Positions 1-12,689 of a DNA stretch of 64,000 nt are shown in pieces. This DNA comes from Octopus bimaculoides (taxonomy: Eukaryota), in NCBI RefSeq assembly GCF_001194135.2, contig NC_068995.1, positions 44,333,393 to 44,397,392 of the forward strand, written 5' to 3'. The notes below the pieces were generated by a model, which ran no database searches, was not told where the DNA came from, and saw only the letters and a program-made list of their open reading frames with translations. The translations under genes were made by a program, and so were the position numbers. Numbering within the stretch: position 1 is the stretch's first letter; every line of letters begins with the position of its first letter.

Positions 1-25
1 TATATATATATATATATATATATAT

Positions 26-262
26 CTTGTACGGGTGGCACATAAAAGACACCATTTCGAGCGTGGCCGTTTTTGTGCGGGTGACATGTAAAAGCACCCA
101 CTACACTCTCTGAGTGGTTGGCGTTAGGAAGGGCATCCAGCTGTAGAAACTCTGCCAAATTAGATTGGAGCCTGGTGTAGCCATCCGGTTGCACCAGTCC
201 TTAGTCAAATCGTCCAACCCATGCTAGCATGGAAAGCTGACGTTAAACGATGATGGTGATTA
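26..262 (+). mobile_element. 5'-truncated 3' end of an RTE-type LINE or RTE-tailed SINE, ending in a (TGA)n tail
   Basis: Same sequence as the 3' end of the LINE at 1960-3042 and the inverted copy at 32905-33118 (cacccactacactctc...gttggcgttaggaagggcatccagctgtagaaac...ccaacccatgctagcatggaaagc..acgttaaacgatgatg). Confidence 0.8.
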
Positions 263-1082
263 ATTCAATAATAGGATAAAATCTTTTACAAGAATTTTAT
301 CAAGTAGCTAGCGTGAAAAAACTCATAAGGGAAAAATCCATCATTATTCCCTAGAATATATTTATTTATATTTATATAAGGGCATTACTATAGAAGAATG
401 CCTCACACTAAACTACCATAATAAAAACATTTTTACCGAACTCTGTGGTTTTGGGTTCAATCTCACTGCATGGCATCTTGTCTTCTATAACCTTGGGTTT
501 ACTAATGCTTTGTGGGTTAGAAATTGTATGGAAGCCCATCACACACAAACACTTAGATATATCATCTTTGTTTTAAACGTCCATCACCTACCAAGACTTA
601 TCGTAGATGGCGTAATAAGTCACACCCGGACAACGTCCAGTTTTACTGCTAGTGTACAATAAAATTTATGTACCTGTTTATACAAGTGTTTACTAGTATA
701 GACTATAAATTCTATTACGTTTTTTGTTTTTTTTTCTTGTTTTTTATTAAAATAATATGCATGTATATCTATATTTACTCCTCCTTCAACGATAAAATTG
801 TGCCTTATTGTTTTATTTATTGATATAGTTTTACTACATACATTTGTATTTTTTTGTTGTCATGTCAAAACAGTTATGTAACTATATGTAACCATCTTCC
901 AAATTTAGTAAGTGTATATAGGTGTGTGTGTGTGTCCTTAACACTCCAATGAACCCCATCGGTAAGGTTGACCTTAGTGGATTCATAATATTCTACACTT
1001 CAATTAATTTATATATATACTATATATTAATTGAACTGTACAGTATTATATATCTATTAAGGCCTATCTTACCAATATATAC

Positions 1083-1555
1083 ATAGGCGTAGGAGTGGCT
1101 GTGTGGTAAGTAGCTATAGGCGTAGGAGTGGCTGTGTGGTACGTAGCTTGCTTACAAGCCACATAGTTCCCGGTTCAGTCTCACTGCGTGGCACCTTGGG
1201 CAAGTGTCTTCTATAGCCTCGGGCCGACGAAAGTCTTGTGAGTGGATTTGATAGATGGAAACTGAAAGAAACCAGTCGTATATATGTATGTGTATATATA
1301 TGTATGTATATATATATATGTATGTGTGTGTATATGTTTGTGTGTCTATGTTTGTCCCCCCAACATTGCTTGACAACCAATGATGGTGTGTTTAGTGTGT
1401 TTCCATTCCCGTAACTTAGCGGTTTAGCAAGAGACTGATAGAATAAGTACTAGGCTTACAAAGAATAAGTCCTGGGGTCGATTAGCTTGACTAAAAGGTG
1501 GTGCTCCAGCATGGCCACAGTCAAATGACTGAAATAAGTAAAAGAGTAAAGAGTA
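1083..1555 (+). mobile_element. tRNA-derived SINE (family A), near full length, with duplicated 33-bp head
   Basis: A-box-like ggagtggctgtgtggt, B-box-like ccggttcagtc, internal (TA/TG)n tract, 3' end ...gactgaaataagtaaaagag. Many similar copies occur in the window (8596, 45787, 57175, 62579). Confidence 0.8.
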
Positions 1556-1959
1556 TGTGTATGTATATATATATGTGTGTGTGTGTGTGTGAGTGTTTGT
1601 ATATACATATGTTTTTAAGGATCTACATAGTCTTGTTTATATCCATCTGAACCTGCACATCTGTATGACTTTGTATACACACCCATTATATGTACAAGTA
1701 TATACGTGTGTGTATATATGAGTATATGCATGTGTGCGTATGTATAACTCTTCTTTTTTCTGTAAAATCTTATTTGCTCTTCCTTCACCCCAATTATCTA
1801 TACTGCTCTTAAATTACTAAATATGTTTAGCCAAATGTAAAATTTATATTTAATTTCTCTGTCGGAAGAATTTCTAATAGGAAATTCCTTGTCTATCTAA
1901 CATGTAAAACTCTATAATTGCTATTAGCAAATGAAACATGTGTAATGGTGAATGAATAA

Positions 1960-3042
1960 TACCAAGCTATGTACAGAGATGCTACCAGTAAGGTGAGGGT
2001 TGGCAACAAGTACAGTGAAGAATTCAGGTGCTCAGCCCCCTCTTATTCATCATAGTTATCCAGGCAAAAACACAGGAATTCAAGACAGGCTACCCCTGGG
2101 AGCTCCTCTAAGCTGATGACCTTGCTCTTATTGCTGAATCACAACCACAACTAGAGATGTCCCAGGTGTGGAAGCAAGGTCTAGAATCAAAGGGCCTTAG
2201 AGTTAACCTAGCAAAAACCAAAGTCTTAATAAGTAGGAGGGCAGACAGATCACAAATCCCTTGAGGTGTCCTGCTTGATCTGTAAAAAAGGTGTAGGTAG
2301 AAACTCCATAAGATGCACCTAGTGCAAGCTTTGGACACATAAAAGGTGCAGCAATATCAGAGGAAGGTTAACAGGGAAACTAGCTTTTGTATGTAGAAGA
2401 TGCACAGGTACAATAAATGCTGAAAATGTGCAGAAAATAGACTCCATCAACTGCCAGCAAGGCAAGCTAGAGGTAGTAGACAGCTTCCATTATCTAGGTG
2501 ACCAAGTTAGTAGTGGAGGTGGATGCTCCAAGTGTGTAACTGTGAGAATAAGGTGGTGAAGCATGATCTTCGAACTTTGAGCCTCACAGAAGCAACGACT
2601 GGTGACCGAGACCTTTGACGATGTGCCATGCTTGAGAGGGTCTGTCAAGCCAAGTGTACCTGTGCTGGTAGCATGTAAAGAACACCTTTTGAATGTTGGG
2701 CCTCACGGAGGCAAAGTGGCCAAGTTCCTTTTAAGTGTTGGACTTCACGGAGGCAATGACCAAGACCTTTGGCTTATGTTGTACTTGAGAAGAAGACCCA
2801 TCAAGCTGAGCAAAATCACAGTCATGGCAGATACCAGTGTCCTGCGAATTGGCACCTGTACCGGTAGCACGTTATAGCACCCATTACACTCTCAGAGTAA
2901 TTGGCATTAGGAAGAGCATCCAACCATAGAAAACCATGCCAAATAAGACTGGAGTCTGATGCAGCCTTCTAGTGTGCCAGCCTGGTCAAACTGTCCAACC
3001 CATGCCAGCATGGACAACGGATGTTAAATGATGACGATGATA
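1960..3042 (+). mobile_element. Degenerate, internally deleted RTE-clade LINE: RT fragment, PHD-like Cys/His finger, C-terminus, 3' UTR and (TGA)n tail
   Basis: Translates as AMYRDATSKVRVGNKYSEEF..VLSPLLFIIVIQ..GYPWELL*ADDLALIAES..WKQGLESKGLRVNLAKTKVL..CLICKKGVGRNSIRCT*CKLWTHKRCS..FVCRRC..LEVVDSFHYLGD. The YADD motif is broken by a stop. Confidence 0.85.
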
Positions 3043-3126
3043 AATATTCCAACTTCCTGTTTTGTTATACAATAACTCTGCAAATATTTCTAGAATTTCT
3101 ATTTCAATATGTACTTTGCATCTACA

Positions 3127-3300
3127 CTACATCGACGACAGCACTGGTGTGTTTACGTCCCCGTAACTTAGCGGTTCGGCAAAAGAGACCGATAGAATAA
3201 GTAGTAGGCTTACAAAGAATAAGTCCTGGGGTTGATTTGCTCGACTGAAGGCGGTGCTCCAGCATGGCCAGTCAAATGACTGAAACAAGTAAAAGAGTAT
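3127..3300 (+). mobile_element. 3' half of SINE family A
   Basis: tggtgtgtttacgtccccgtaacttagcggttcggcaaaagagaccgatagaataag...gactgaaacaagtaaaagag matches the other family A copies. Confidence 0.8.
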
Positions 3301-4076
3301 AGATAAACTTACCCATGTCACCTTGTTCTATCAACACTACAATGGAACCAATAATTTTTTTTATGTGACTTGATAAAGTCTACCTTGAACTCGTAATCAA
3401 AGCTATAATTGAAATATATTGAATATTTGTACCCTGTACATACACACATATACACCAGCTGTTATATGAAGCAAGTTTAACCAATTGAAATATTCAATAT
3501 CTGATATTTGATTTAGAATGACACAATTTCCATCCCTGATAGGAGCCACACTACCACCACCATCACTCAGAGAAAATAATCTGTTATGAAGAGAAAAGGC
3601 CAAAGTCCAGTATTGTGATTGTTTTGTCTATATTTAGTTTGGCTTATGTAAAAATATCTCTAAAGCATTGATAGTATTCAAAAAAAAGAAAAATAAGATT
3701 AAAAAAAACTTCAGTATTGTGTAAACCAGGTGACTGAAATTTCCCCCCTGACTAGGAAGACAGTCTCTCATATGTAACTATCCCAGATCATCTGGTAATC
3801 TAGTCTAGACAATTAAGGGAATGTGAAAGATTCCTGTCTTATTTGCAGTTTATTTAAATTCATTATCTCTCAGCTGGTTCTACTTTGTCCATACAGCCGT
3901 TTCCGCCCCAGTGAAACATGATACAAAAGCAACTTAGATTTATCTTCAAAACTTTATACTCATAACATTTCGATATAAATGTCTGAAGAAATGGGCATTC
4001 TGTAGAAACATCTAACAGATACCTTTATATGCTGATAAAGGATCGTCGACAATTATGGCATTTGTTATGACCATTC

Positions 4077-4080
<4 letters not shown>

Positions 4081-4134
<54 letters not shown>
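4081..4134. repeat. (TTA)n microsatellite
   Basis: Direct reading. Similar tracts at about 18290-18385 and 41420-41480. Confidence 0.95.
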
Positions 4135-4892
4135 CAGTGTAGTGAGCGGGTATGATAATCGGGATGCTTTGCTGTAGTTGTTCTGGCTTTTACTGGTCGG
4201 TGATCAAATCTCACTGGGGTTAACTGTGCTTTTCATCCTTCAAAGTTTTGCTATCTAACCCACCCACCCCACCACCTAAAATTGTGAGTTTTGTGCTTAA
4301 ATTAGAAACCATTGTTGTTGAGTGACAGATTGGCAAAATCCTTAGTGCCAGGTAAATTCCCTTTCAGTATTTTTTCCAGGTCTTTATATTCTGAATTCAA
4401 ATGCCACCAAGATCAAACTTTACCTTTCATCCTTTGTGGGTCAATAAAGTACCTGTTAAATATTGAGGGTACTAGAATTAGATATTACTATAGAACTCTA
4501 TAGAAGGGAGATGAGCATGGTTTGACCATACAAAACCCACTTTTTAGCTTGATCATTTTCTTGTCAAAATACAGTTTTTCTGAAGCCAATTAAATATCAT
4601 TTGAAAGTTCTGGATATGAACTATCTTCTCATCTAATTTTGATCAAAATCCGACACTTACATAACATGCCAGGGTCCCTCAATCATCCTTCTATTTCCAC
4701 CCATTCATAAATTTTCTTTTTTTTTTTTTTTTCCTTTTAATTTTTTAACAGTTGAATGGAAGCCCTTGTTCTAGTTCAATGCACTAGAGCACTATAACTC
4801 TCTGTGTTTGAAAATGATACAGCTATGAAGAGTTATATATATATATATATATGTATATGTATATGTATATATATATGTATATGTATATATAT

Positions 4893-5054
4893 ATAGTTAT
4901 GTGGAGAATGGAGAAACAAACACAAGAAGCAATTCGGCTGGGCTAGTTAGCCATTGTTTTAATTATGTGGAGAATATATAATTAAAACAATGGCTAACTA
5001 GCCCAGCCGAATTGCTTCTTCTTGTGTTTGTTTCTCCATTCTCCACATAACTAT
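4893..5054. repeat. Near-perfect inverted duplication (74/77-bp arms, 11-nt loop)
   Basis: Arm 4893-4966 is the reverse complement of 4978-5054 except for one 3-nt indel. Confidence 0.95.
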
Positions 5055-6545
5055 AATTATAAACTGCGATTTAAACAATAAATTACCTGCCTCTGGATAC
5101 CCTCTACCTAAGACGGTACCCACACATGTAATTCCCAGGAGTGCCTCCGGATTTAAACATCCCCTGGTTGCTTGGATACTTCAGACTACCCCTGAAAAAT
5201 TGAAGCAACCCTATCATTTACCTATATATATATATAAATCAATGGGAGTAGATCAGATAATCGTTACGAAATATAAAAGGGGAAAATTTTATCAATTTTC
5301 ACTTAAAAAGAGCATATTTTCTCCAAGATTTTTGAAGAAAAGAACCTATTTTCTTCAAGAAGAAAGAAAAATTTCCCAGATTCAATATGGTCAATGCTGA
5401 TTCTGGTGAGGAGATTGCGAAAAAGCACAGTCAATAAAGGTGGTACTATCATGACTGCTCATATAAGATTAACACATATCAATACTATTTGTTAAACTGA
5501 TGTATTCCCATATGGTGAGAGCTGGAATGGAACATGGATCCAGGGCTTCAAATATCAAGGTTGAGCCAGTATTTCAAAAAATAGATGAACTAATTACTAA
5601 GTACACGTATATTTCTATGAAAAATGCACTAAATTGAGCTACATAAGTCTTCAAGAGACCAAAATTAGCATGGAATCATCATATTGAGAATGCTGCTTAT
5701 TCCCTCTTGTTGTTTTAATGTGTGGAGAGTAATGTCCAAATTTTACCGAGCAGATATTCTTGTATATGTAAATTTTGTTTTTCTTTGAGAAATGTTGGTC
5801 AGATTCCGCCAGTAAAAATTGTATTGTGCAATGAATGCTATTTTGTTGACTATTAAAATCTTATGTGGTATTTTTTTTTTTTTTTTTTTTTTTTCTGACT
5901 TGGAATAATTCTTGGTAGTGTCTACATTTTCACAAATAGTGTTGATTCATTTTGGTTTTTATTTTATGAATTTGCTTTAAGTTTCAGATGTTTTTAATGC
6001 CTTTAATTTTTGTTTTTAATACTAAAGCAAAGAATTAGTTTTCATATTTTGTTTGTTTTTTAATCTCGGTATATATGCAATTCTGAGAAAGGTACCTGGT
6101 GGTTGTGGGATGTACTAGAAGCAACAGCTAAATTTCCCATAACTCACACAGCTTTTTGTTTAAATTTTTTTTTCCACGAAAATATTTTCATAAAAGGTTT
6201 CCCCTCATCATATTGGATGTGATAAGGTGTATTCTGTTAGGAATGTATTAGAGTACAAAATAGAGCTCATTCACAACGAGCAGATTGGAACTGTCAGTGT
6301 CTGCTAGATCTAAAGGAACCAGCTGGATGTGATAGCATCAAAATCAAGTGTTTACTTACGGAGACAGTGATTATATATCACCTGAGGAGATACAAGTAGG
6401 TCCTATTATACAGGTAAACCGTTAATTAATTTAAATTTAAATCCTGTATGTATGTGGATCTATGTTGTATCGAAACATATGTAGTGGTTATTAAACAGCT
6501 GTTGAAGTGTACTCCCTATTCTTTCTTTTTATATATATGTGTGCG

Positions 6546-6617
<72 letters not shown>

Positions 6618-7060
6618 NNNNNNNNNNNNNNNNNNNNNNNNNNNNNNNNNNNNNNNNNNNNNNNNNNNNNNNNNNNNNNNNNNNNNNNNNNNNNNNNNNN
6701 NNNNNNNNNNNNNNNNNNNNNNNNNNNNNNNNNNNNNNNNNNNNNNNNNNNNNNNNNNNNNNNNNNNNNNNNNNNNNNNNNNNNNNNNNNNNNNNNNNNN
6801 NNNNNNNNNNNNNNNNNNNNNNNNNNNNNNNNNNNNNNNNNNNNNNNNNNNNNNNNNNNNNNNNNNNNNNNNNNNNNNNNNNNNNNNNNNNNNNNNNNNN
6901 NNNNNNNNNNNNNNNNNNNNNNNNNNNNNNNNNNNNNNNNNNNNNNNNNNNNNNNNNNNNNNNNNNNNNNNNNNNNNNNNNNNNNNNNNNNNNNNNNNNN
7001 NNNNNNNNNNNNNNNNNNNNNNNNNNNNNNNNNNNNNNNNNNNNNNNNNNNNNNNNNNAC

Positions 7061-7324
<264 letters not shown>

Positions 7325-7385
7325 TAATGTTTTTATTCTTTTTGTTTGTTATTTTCATTTTTGTTTTTTAATGGTAAAATTACGT

Positions 7386-7755
7386 TTAACCCTTTAGTAT
7401 TGGAACCAAACAGATCCTGCCTCTCACACCTATCCTACAATGTCATTCTAAAAATAAACAATTGCATCATCATCAAAATCTTGAAATTACAAGTGAATGC
7501 ATGATTATTCATTCACATCGTTTTGAATTAATATATATTTGGCAGAGCAGTCTGAATGCTAAAAGGTTAACTGGCCTTATCTGGCCTAAATATTCTACGT
7601 TTTCTGTTCAAACTGGCTAGATCCAGTCTCTCACACCTACTTCACTCTGTCATTCTAAGAATAGATGACCACATCATTGAAAGCTTGGAACTGCAAGGTA
7701 ATCCTTGATTAATCCAAAACAATGTGAATAAATGTTATATTTGACAGAGTAATCT
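7386..7755. mobile_element. TTAA-flanked piggyBac-like MITE (7386-7570) followed by a second partial copy
   Basis: TTAA-CCCTTTAGTATT ... AATGCTAAAAGG-TTAA terminal inverted repeats. Related copies at 11362-11582 and 40421-40623. Confidence 0.7.
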
Positions 7756-7944
7756 ATATGCATGTACAACATACTTAGATGCAGACACATATACATACAC
7801 GGAAACGTGTGTGCATGTATTTATGACCTTAGCAGATTGATTCTCTACTTAGTATTCTCTGGGGATTTTGGCTTATAAAATAACCATTGGCTTCATCACC
7901 AACACCATGCATACATGTGTGTGTGTGTGTATACACATACACAC

Positions 7945-7975
<31 letters not shown>

Positions 7976-8153
7976 GGCATAAGGATTTGGGATTGGTATC
8001 AGTGTTAAGTGGTAATTAAAGCTGGTCCCTAGGGAATTCTAAAGACTGACATCTGATATAGAATCTTAACCCCCCCCCCCGGAACAGTCATTCCTATACA
8101 TACAAACATATGTACACATGTGTGTGTGTGTGTATATGTGCTTGTACATATGC

Positions 8154-8193
<40 letters not shown>

Positions 8194-8595
8194 TTGGAGC
8201 CTGGTGTTGCCATCCGGTTTCACCAGTCCTCAGTCAAATCATCCAACCCATGCTANNNNNNNNNNNNNNNNNNNNNNNNNNNNNNNNNNNNNNNNNNNNN
8301 NNNNNNNNNNNNNNNNNNNNNNNNNNNNNNNNNNNNNNNNNNNNNNNNNNNNNNNNNNNNNNNNNNNNNNNNNNNNNNNNNNNNNNNNNNNNNNNNNNNN
8401 NNNNNNNNNNNNNNNNNNNNNNNNNNNNNNNNNNNNNNNNNNNNNNNNNNNNNNNNNNNNNNNNNNNNNNNNNNNNNNNNNNNNNNNNNNNNNNNNNNNN
8501 NNNNNNNNNNNNNNNNNNNNNNNNNNNNNNNNNNNNNNNNNNNNNNNNNNNNNNNNNNNNNNNNNNNNNNNNNNNNNNNNNNNNNNNNNNNNNNN

Positions 8596-8763
8596 GTGGT
8601 AAGAAGCTTGTTTCCCACCTGTATGGTTCTGTGTTCAGTCCCACTTGGGCAAGTGTTTTCTACTATAGCCTTGGGCCAACTAAAGCCTGGTGAGTGGATT
8701 TGGTAGACGGAAACTGAAAGAAGCTCGTCATATATGTATATATGTGTGTCTGTGCTTGTCCCC

Positions 8764-8812
<49 letters not shown>

Positions 8813-8990
8813 TTGACACCACTTGGTGTGTTTATGTCCCCGTAACTTAGCAGTTCAGCAAAAGTGAACGATAGAATAAGTACCAGGCTTAAAAAAAAAA
8901 GGTACTGGGGTCGATACATTCGATTATAAATTCTTTAAGGAAGTGCCCCAACATGGCCGCAGTCTAATGACTGAAACAAGTAAAAGACAA
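8596..8990 (+). mobile_element. SINE family A copy (head lost in gap)
   Basis: Matches 1083-1555, with an internal (TA)/(CA)n tract. Confidence 0.8.
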
Positions 8991-9656
8991 GGAATATATA
9001 TATATATATATATATACATATATACACTTTTCATTTTATTTATTTTTTTTTACCATCTTGGTTACTAAACTTAATTTTTTTTATTTTTGTTCTGTTCTTG
9101 CTTGAAGTTAGTTTTCTTAAAACAACATTTTTCACATCTGATTTTGTGCATTATTTTCTAAAATTGAATGCACCATTGAAAAATAGAGGTTGCAGGCATT
9201 GCTATTCATTGCCCCAATTTTCTTCAATGCCCCACTAAACTTTTCCTATGTTGTGTGTATGTAGGGGCGGGGGCGTTACTGCCCATTTTGGAGACCATTG
9301 CTCTAACCTCTTTTCACCGAGAACAAAGCCACCTCCCTCAATACCATTTCCCACTCAGTTGAAAGGGGTCTGGTTACTTGCTAACCTCACTGCTACTGGT
9401 TCTGCACATAAAGAACTCTGTAAAGGGGCTGGCATTATGAAGAGCATCCAGCTGTAGAAACCTTGCCAAAACATACAGAGCTTGGCACAGCCTTCCAACT
9501 CGCCAGCTCCTGTCAAACATGAACAAAGGACATTAGATGATGATGATGATGATGACAATGAAATTCCACCAAAGTACTTGTAATCTAAACCTTGAAAAAC
9601 CACCCAAGTATAATATGGCCATTGGTTACCTATTCTTGACCTTTCTTCTTCCACAG

Positions 9657-9832
9657 GTACATCATGACCAGTGACCACACGAAAGAAAGCACAGAGCTGT
9701 TCTTTGAGAAACACAACTATTTTGGTCTGAAGAAGGAGAATGTTGTGATCTTTCAGCAGTTCTTGCTTCCATGTATGACATTTGATGGCAAAATAATCAA
9801 CAATGCTAAAAACAGTTTAGCAATGGCACCAG
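9657..9832 (+). CDS. UAP1: UAP1 internal exon (176 bp, phase 2 to 1): [58 protein letters not shown]
   Basis: WYIMTS...[14 protein letters not shown] motif. Acceptor ctttcttcttccacag, donor gtaaca. Frame continuous with the neighbouring exons. Confidence 0.95.
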
Positions 9833-9841
9833 GTAACATGC

Positions 9842-9878
<37 letters not shown>

Positions 9879-10004
9879 GCCCTGGCAACATATATCTTTC
9901 TGTATACATATACCCATTATACCCCTCTCTCCATCTCTCTCTTTCTGCTTACACCTCTCCCTTTCATTTAACCTCTCTCTCTGTAGATACCAGATACTAT
10001 ACAC

Positions 10005-10035
<31 letters not shown>

Positions 10036-10418
10036 CCTCCCCCCTCTCAGGACTTCCTTTCATGATTAACCTAGGTTTTTCTGACAAGGTCCAATCAGAC
10101 TAAAACATCTAAATTTATCTCCAAACTCACTTTCAATTGTCTTCTATATTCAATTTTAATTTAGATTTTCGATAAGAATTAATCATATACCTATGTATAT
10201 ATATATACAACAACCCTGTGTGTTTGTGTGTGTATAAACTTCATATTAATGTACTCTTCAGTCTCTGACCGAATTTGGGACTTGCTCTTGAGAAGTTCCA
10301 ATTGTTAAATCTTACCTGTATTCACCTGATGAAAATTGTTTTTTTGCATGATGTAATACTTCTGTTCTTCAATGAAAAATATGCCTGAAACAGCTGTAGT
10401 GAACCACAATCCATCTAT

Positions 10419-10459
<41 letters not shown>

Positions 10460-10489
10460 CACATGTTTTTGTTTTACTTCCTCTTCCAG

Positions 10490-10662
10490 ATGGTAATGGT
10501 GGACTGTACAAGGCCCTCAGAGAACATGAGATATTGCAAGACATGAAATCCAGGGACATACAATATATACATGCATACTGTGTGGACAATATATTAGTGA
10601 AGATGGCTGACCCTATATTTATAGCTTATTGTGTTGACAAAAAGGCTGATTGTGGAGCCAAG
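10490..10662 (+). CDS. UAP1: UAP1 internal exon (173 bp, phase 1 to 0): [58 protein letters not shown]
   Basis: APDGNGGLY and [12 protein letters not shown] motifs. Acceptor ttacttcctcttccag, donor gtaatc. Confidence 0.95.
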
Positions 10663-10824
10663 GTAATCCATATTTTCTCTTTTCTATTCATTGAGTAGAA
10701 TCACTCATCATTTTATTTACTGTTCAGTTCTTCCTGCTATAATTGGAAAAAAACTTTATATGTGTGAGGTACCTATCATCTCATCCAACATCAGTAAGTA
10801 CCAGTGATATGTTCAGGTGCATAG

Positions 10825-11615
10825 ATGCAAGCATGGCTGTGGTAGACATAGGCAGAGTTTTGTGATTATGAAGTTTGTTTTGCAGCTATGTAATTCCAGG
10901 TTCAGTCTTGCATATCTCTCTCTGTAGATACCAGGTAATGTACACCTCTCTCTCTTTCTCTGTAATGTACAACTGCCCCTCTACTCACTCTCTCTCTCTC
11001 TCTCTCTCGTAAGATACTCGACTAGTCACTTTGGTCTAGTGTCTTCTACTATAGCCTCTGGCTGCCAATGCCATGCAAATGGAATTGGTAACTGAGAAGT
11101 ATTTTGTGAGTGTGTTTGACTGAATGTCATTTTTACATGTGATTCATTAACAATACCTGAGTGAAATGGTGCTTTTGTTTCAATGGACACACAAGTGCCA
11201 TTTCACTCAGGTATTGTTAACGAATCTCCAGTAAGCAAAAATCCCATAGTTTCACTTTCAACATGTGAAGACCTGGGAAATGAAAATACCTTACTTGAGA
11301 AACACATAACGGTTGGTAACAGGAAAAGCATCCAGCCATAGAAAATCTCAACAAATTTTGTTTAACCTTTTAGTATTCAGATTATTCTGTTAAATGTACT
11401 CCTTATTTATTCGCATTGTTTAGGATTAATCATGCATTATCAAATACCTTTGAGATTTTGATGACTTTATTTTCAGAATGATATTGTAGGGTAGGTATGA
11501 GAGGCCAGATCTGACCAGTTTGAACATAAAACTGGGAGAATATTTGGACCTGATATGGCCAGTTTAAACACTAAATGGTTAACCCATGCTAGTATGGGAA
11601 AATGGATATAAAAAC
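10825..11615 (+). mobile_element. Degenerate long SINE (family A head plus RTE-type tail) carrying nested insertions
   Basis: Head gcatggctgtggtag...ccaggttcagtc, tail gggttggtaacaggaaaagcatccagcc...aacccatgctagtatgggaaaatgg. Interrupted by a hairpin (11141-11226) and a MITE (11362-11582). Confidence 0.6.
11362..11582 (-). mobile_element. piggyBac-like MITE with TTAA target-site duplication, inserted in a SINE tail
   Basis: TTAA at 11362-11365 and 11579-11582. Removing the element restores the SINE tail ...aaattttgtTTAAcccatgc. Confidence 0.75.
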
Positions 11616-12311
11616 AAACTTATATTGGAAATAAGCCATTTTTATGAAGAGTGAAATTTGAATGTTGTGAAAAGCAACTAAAAAAGGCTGGCGTCAGGAA
11701 AGGGATGTAGCCATTAAAGGTTGTCAAAATGTTTTGTTCAACCCATACCAGCATGTAAAAGCAAAGATAAAAACGATGCTGATAGCTTGTTTATTAAGTC
11801 CACATGGAAAGACTGATTAACTAGTGAATCCTGTAGCACCAAGATACTGATGTCAAATATACTGCGGCAACACCATCCCCACCCCCACCACTATTCATAA
11901 CTAAAACATTCTCTAAGATTACAAGTACTTGACCTCAGTCTCCGATGACCTTCCTTTCATAGCCACTACGCATCTGTAACATTACCAAAGTTTCTTAAAA
12001 TAAAAAAAAAGTTTCTCTCAAACATTTTGTCCAAACAACTTCAAATGTTGAATGTTGGTTCTTTAAACAAACACAACCATGTGCAGATCTGGTGTAAATA
12101 AACTGCATATTCCTGCGCGGCTGTTGCAAATGATGCATTAATGTTAGTGCATGACCTTGCGACATCCTGTAAAACACACACACACATGCACTCACTCACA
12201 TTTTTTCCTTCCCCCCTCTTTCTCTGATTTCTGCAAACATCACACACAAATAAATCTCTGTATACACAAACCAGTTACACCTATACATATGTACACATTA
12301 ATTCATACATG

Positions 12312-12422
<111 letters not shown>

Positions 12423-12485
12423 TCTTCCTCTCTTATTTCCTTCTCTGAGACAACACGTGTATATATATACACACACACATACACA

Positions 12486-12534
<49 letters not shown>

Positions 12535-12689
12535 CATGCATACACATACCTATACACATCATCTCATGCACAGAAACCTCCCCTCACCTCTGTTATTCAC
12601 AAATGCCATATACACATTTACATATGCATACACAAATCATATACACCCTCTTCCTCTTAATTTTCTTCTTTGATATACACAAACTTATC

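Noticed and set aside
5200-5630. Short ORFs as the possible missing first UAP1 coding exon (e.g. MVRAGMEHGSRAS)
   Set aside because: No GQ.HLL.FW-type motif and no suitable phase-1 donor. The exon is probably outside the window or in the 6618-7058 gap.
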